From NCBI GenBank assembly GCA_964016885.1, contig OZ024742.1, positions 88,970,001-89,034,000 on the forward strand: a stretch of DNA of 64,000 nt, written 5' to 3'. Positions 62,487-64,000 of this stretch are shown piece by piece. The first letter of the stretch is position 1. Every line of letters begins with the position of its first letter. A model generated the notes under the pieces. That model saw only the letters and a list, made by a program, of their open reading frames with translations, made no database searches and was not told the DNA's origin. A program made the position numbers and the translations under genes. The stretch is from Eledone cirrhosa. Taxonomy: Eukaryota.

Positions 62487-64000
62487 CAGTAAATCCAGGC
62501 TTTTCTACGGTATCCCTAAAGTACATAAAAGCGAATTTATAAGTAAGGAATGCAAGGAAGCCACAGACATAGTCATCAATGTCCCCTCACCCAATTATCT
62601 CAAATTAAGACCTATAATAGCAGGCTCCGCTTGCGAAACCCACCGCCTTAGCAACTTCATTGATACCCTTCTCAAGCCTTTTCTCAAACACATCAAAACC
62701 TATATAAGGGACGACCTAGATATGCTCAATCACCTCCCTAATATGCCCCTTACTGAACAAACCCTACTAGTGACGTTCGAGGTAGTCAACCTATACTCCA
62801 ACATACTCCACATCCTAGGAATAGAAGCTATCCAATTCTGGCTGGATAATTACCACAATGAACTCCCACAAGGCATCAAAAAAAAATCGTGATAGAAGGA
62901 CTCAAATTTATCTTTGAGAACAATTACTTCGTTTTCAATAACAAATCCTACAGGCAGAAATATGGGACCGCTATGGGAACGTAAACAGCCCCCACTTATG
63001 CCAACCTAGTCATGGGATACCTGGAAATCACCCTCTACACTAAAATACGAAACAAATTTGGAAACACTCTCCACTTACACATAGAAAAGAACTGGAAGCG
63101 ATATCTAGATGACTGCTTCATCCTTTGGCACGGAAACATCGAGAAACTTAAAGAATTGCACACCCATATAAATGTGCTCAATACGAATATTAACTTTACG
63201 ATGGAATACACCCATCAACAACTCCCCTTCCTCGACATCCTCATTAAGATTCATAACAAAAAAATAGAAACAGACATATACTACAATCCCACAGACTCCA
63301 AGCAATATCTTCCTTTCAACTGTTGCCACCCTAGACATGTTAAAATTAATATTCCCTACAACTTAGCCAAGAGAATCTGTACTATAGTCTCCAATACAAG
63401 CACCTGTCACTTACGGCTACAATAACTAAAGGACACACTCATAGGCAGGGACTACCCTGCATCACTAATTGACAATGGAATCCAACGTGCCCTAAAACTA
63501 GTACCCAGTACCTTAGACACCCTAAATTAAATCAACCGAAACTAAAAGCTCTTCCATACATCTCCACACACAACCCCTCAACAATGAGGCCTTTGACACC
63601 ATCCTCCAGAACATCCATGTGTTAAAAAAGGACCATAGAATGAACCAAATCCTTCGAACACACGATATCATAAAGAGCAAAAGACAATCTAAGTCAATGA
63701 AAAACATCCTAACACATGCCAAAATACTGACAACCACAACAACTAAACCCACAGTAAGAGAATGCGATAGACCCAACTGTGGCATATGCATCAACCTAAT
63801 AGAGGGTTCGCAATTCTATTTCAAAGAAGGACAACGTTTTATAGTAAAACACAATTTCACATGCGCATCAGAAAATCTAATATATGTATTAACTTGCTCA
63901 GGTTGTCGAGAACAATACATAGGCCAGACTAAAAACAGCCTCCGCCAACGCATGACTGCCCATAGATCCCAAATTAAAATACGGGAATACAGAAAAATAC
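62487..64000 (+). mobile_element. Penelope-like element ORF (RT + GIY-YIG endonuclease), 5'-truncated, frameshifted, runs off the window
   Basis: FYGIPKVHK, LRPIIAG, GTAMG, RYLDDCF, LPFLDI, TDIYYNPTD..YL..CHP; C-terminal NFTCASENLIYVLTCSGCREQYIGQTKNSLRQRM..H. Confidence 0.92.

Overview
Repeat-saturated, AT-rich animal genomic DNA with no recognisable host protein-coding gene. The (TA)n/(CA)n/(GATA)n load and the SINE families look cephalopod (octopus-like); that assignment is inference. Nearly all interpretable sequence is decayed transposable element: about six Tx1-clade LINE copies, one R4/Dong LINE, two CRE fragments, three RTE fragments, a Penelope-like element (RT + GIY-YIG) with an inverted upstream pLTR, a Tc1/mariner remnant, a non-autonomous Helitron carrying a 12-copy minisatellite, and more than 10 copies of one tRNA-derived SINE. 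Points of most interest: (i) two intact-looking and one degenerate type-I hammerhead ribozyme motifs outside any ORF; (ii) many fold-back (palindromic) insertions in (TA)n tracts, two built from the 3' half of a hammerhead and one accompanied by a ~390-bp inverted duplication of flanking DNA; (iii) a 3' tail shared between the SINE and the Tx1 LINEs, with repeated same-site SINE insertion; (iv) a twin-priming-type 5' inversion in an RTE copy. All calls were made by eye; boundaries are approximate unless a junction sequence is quoted.
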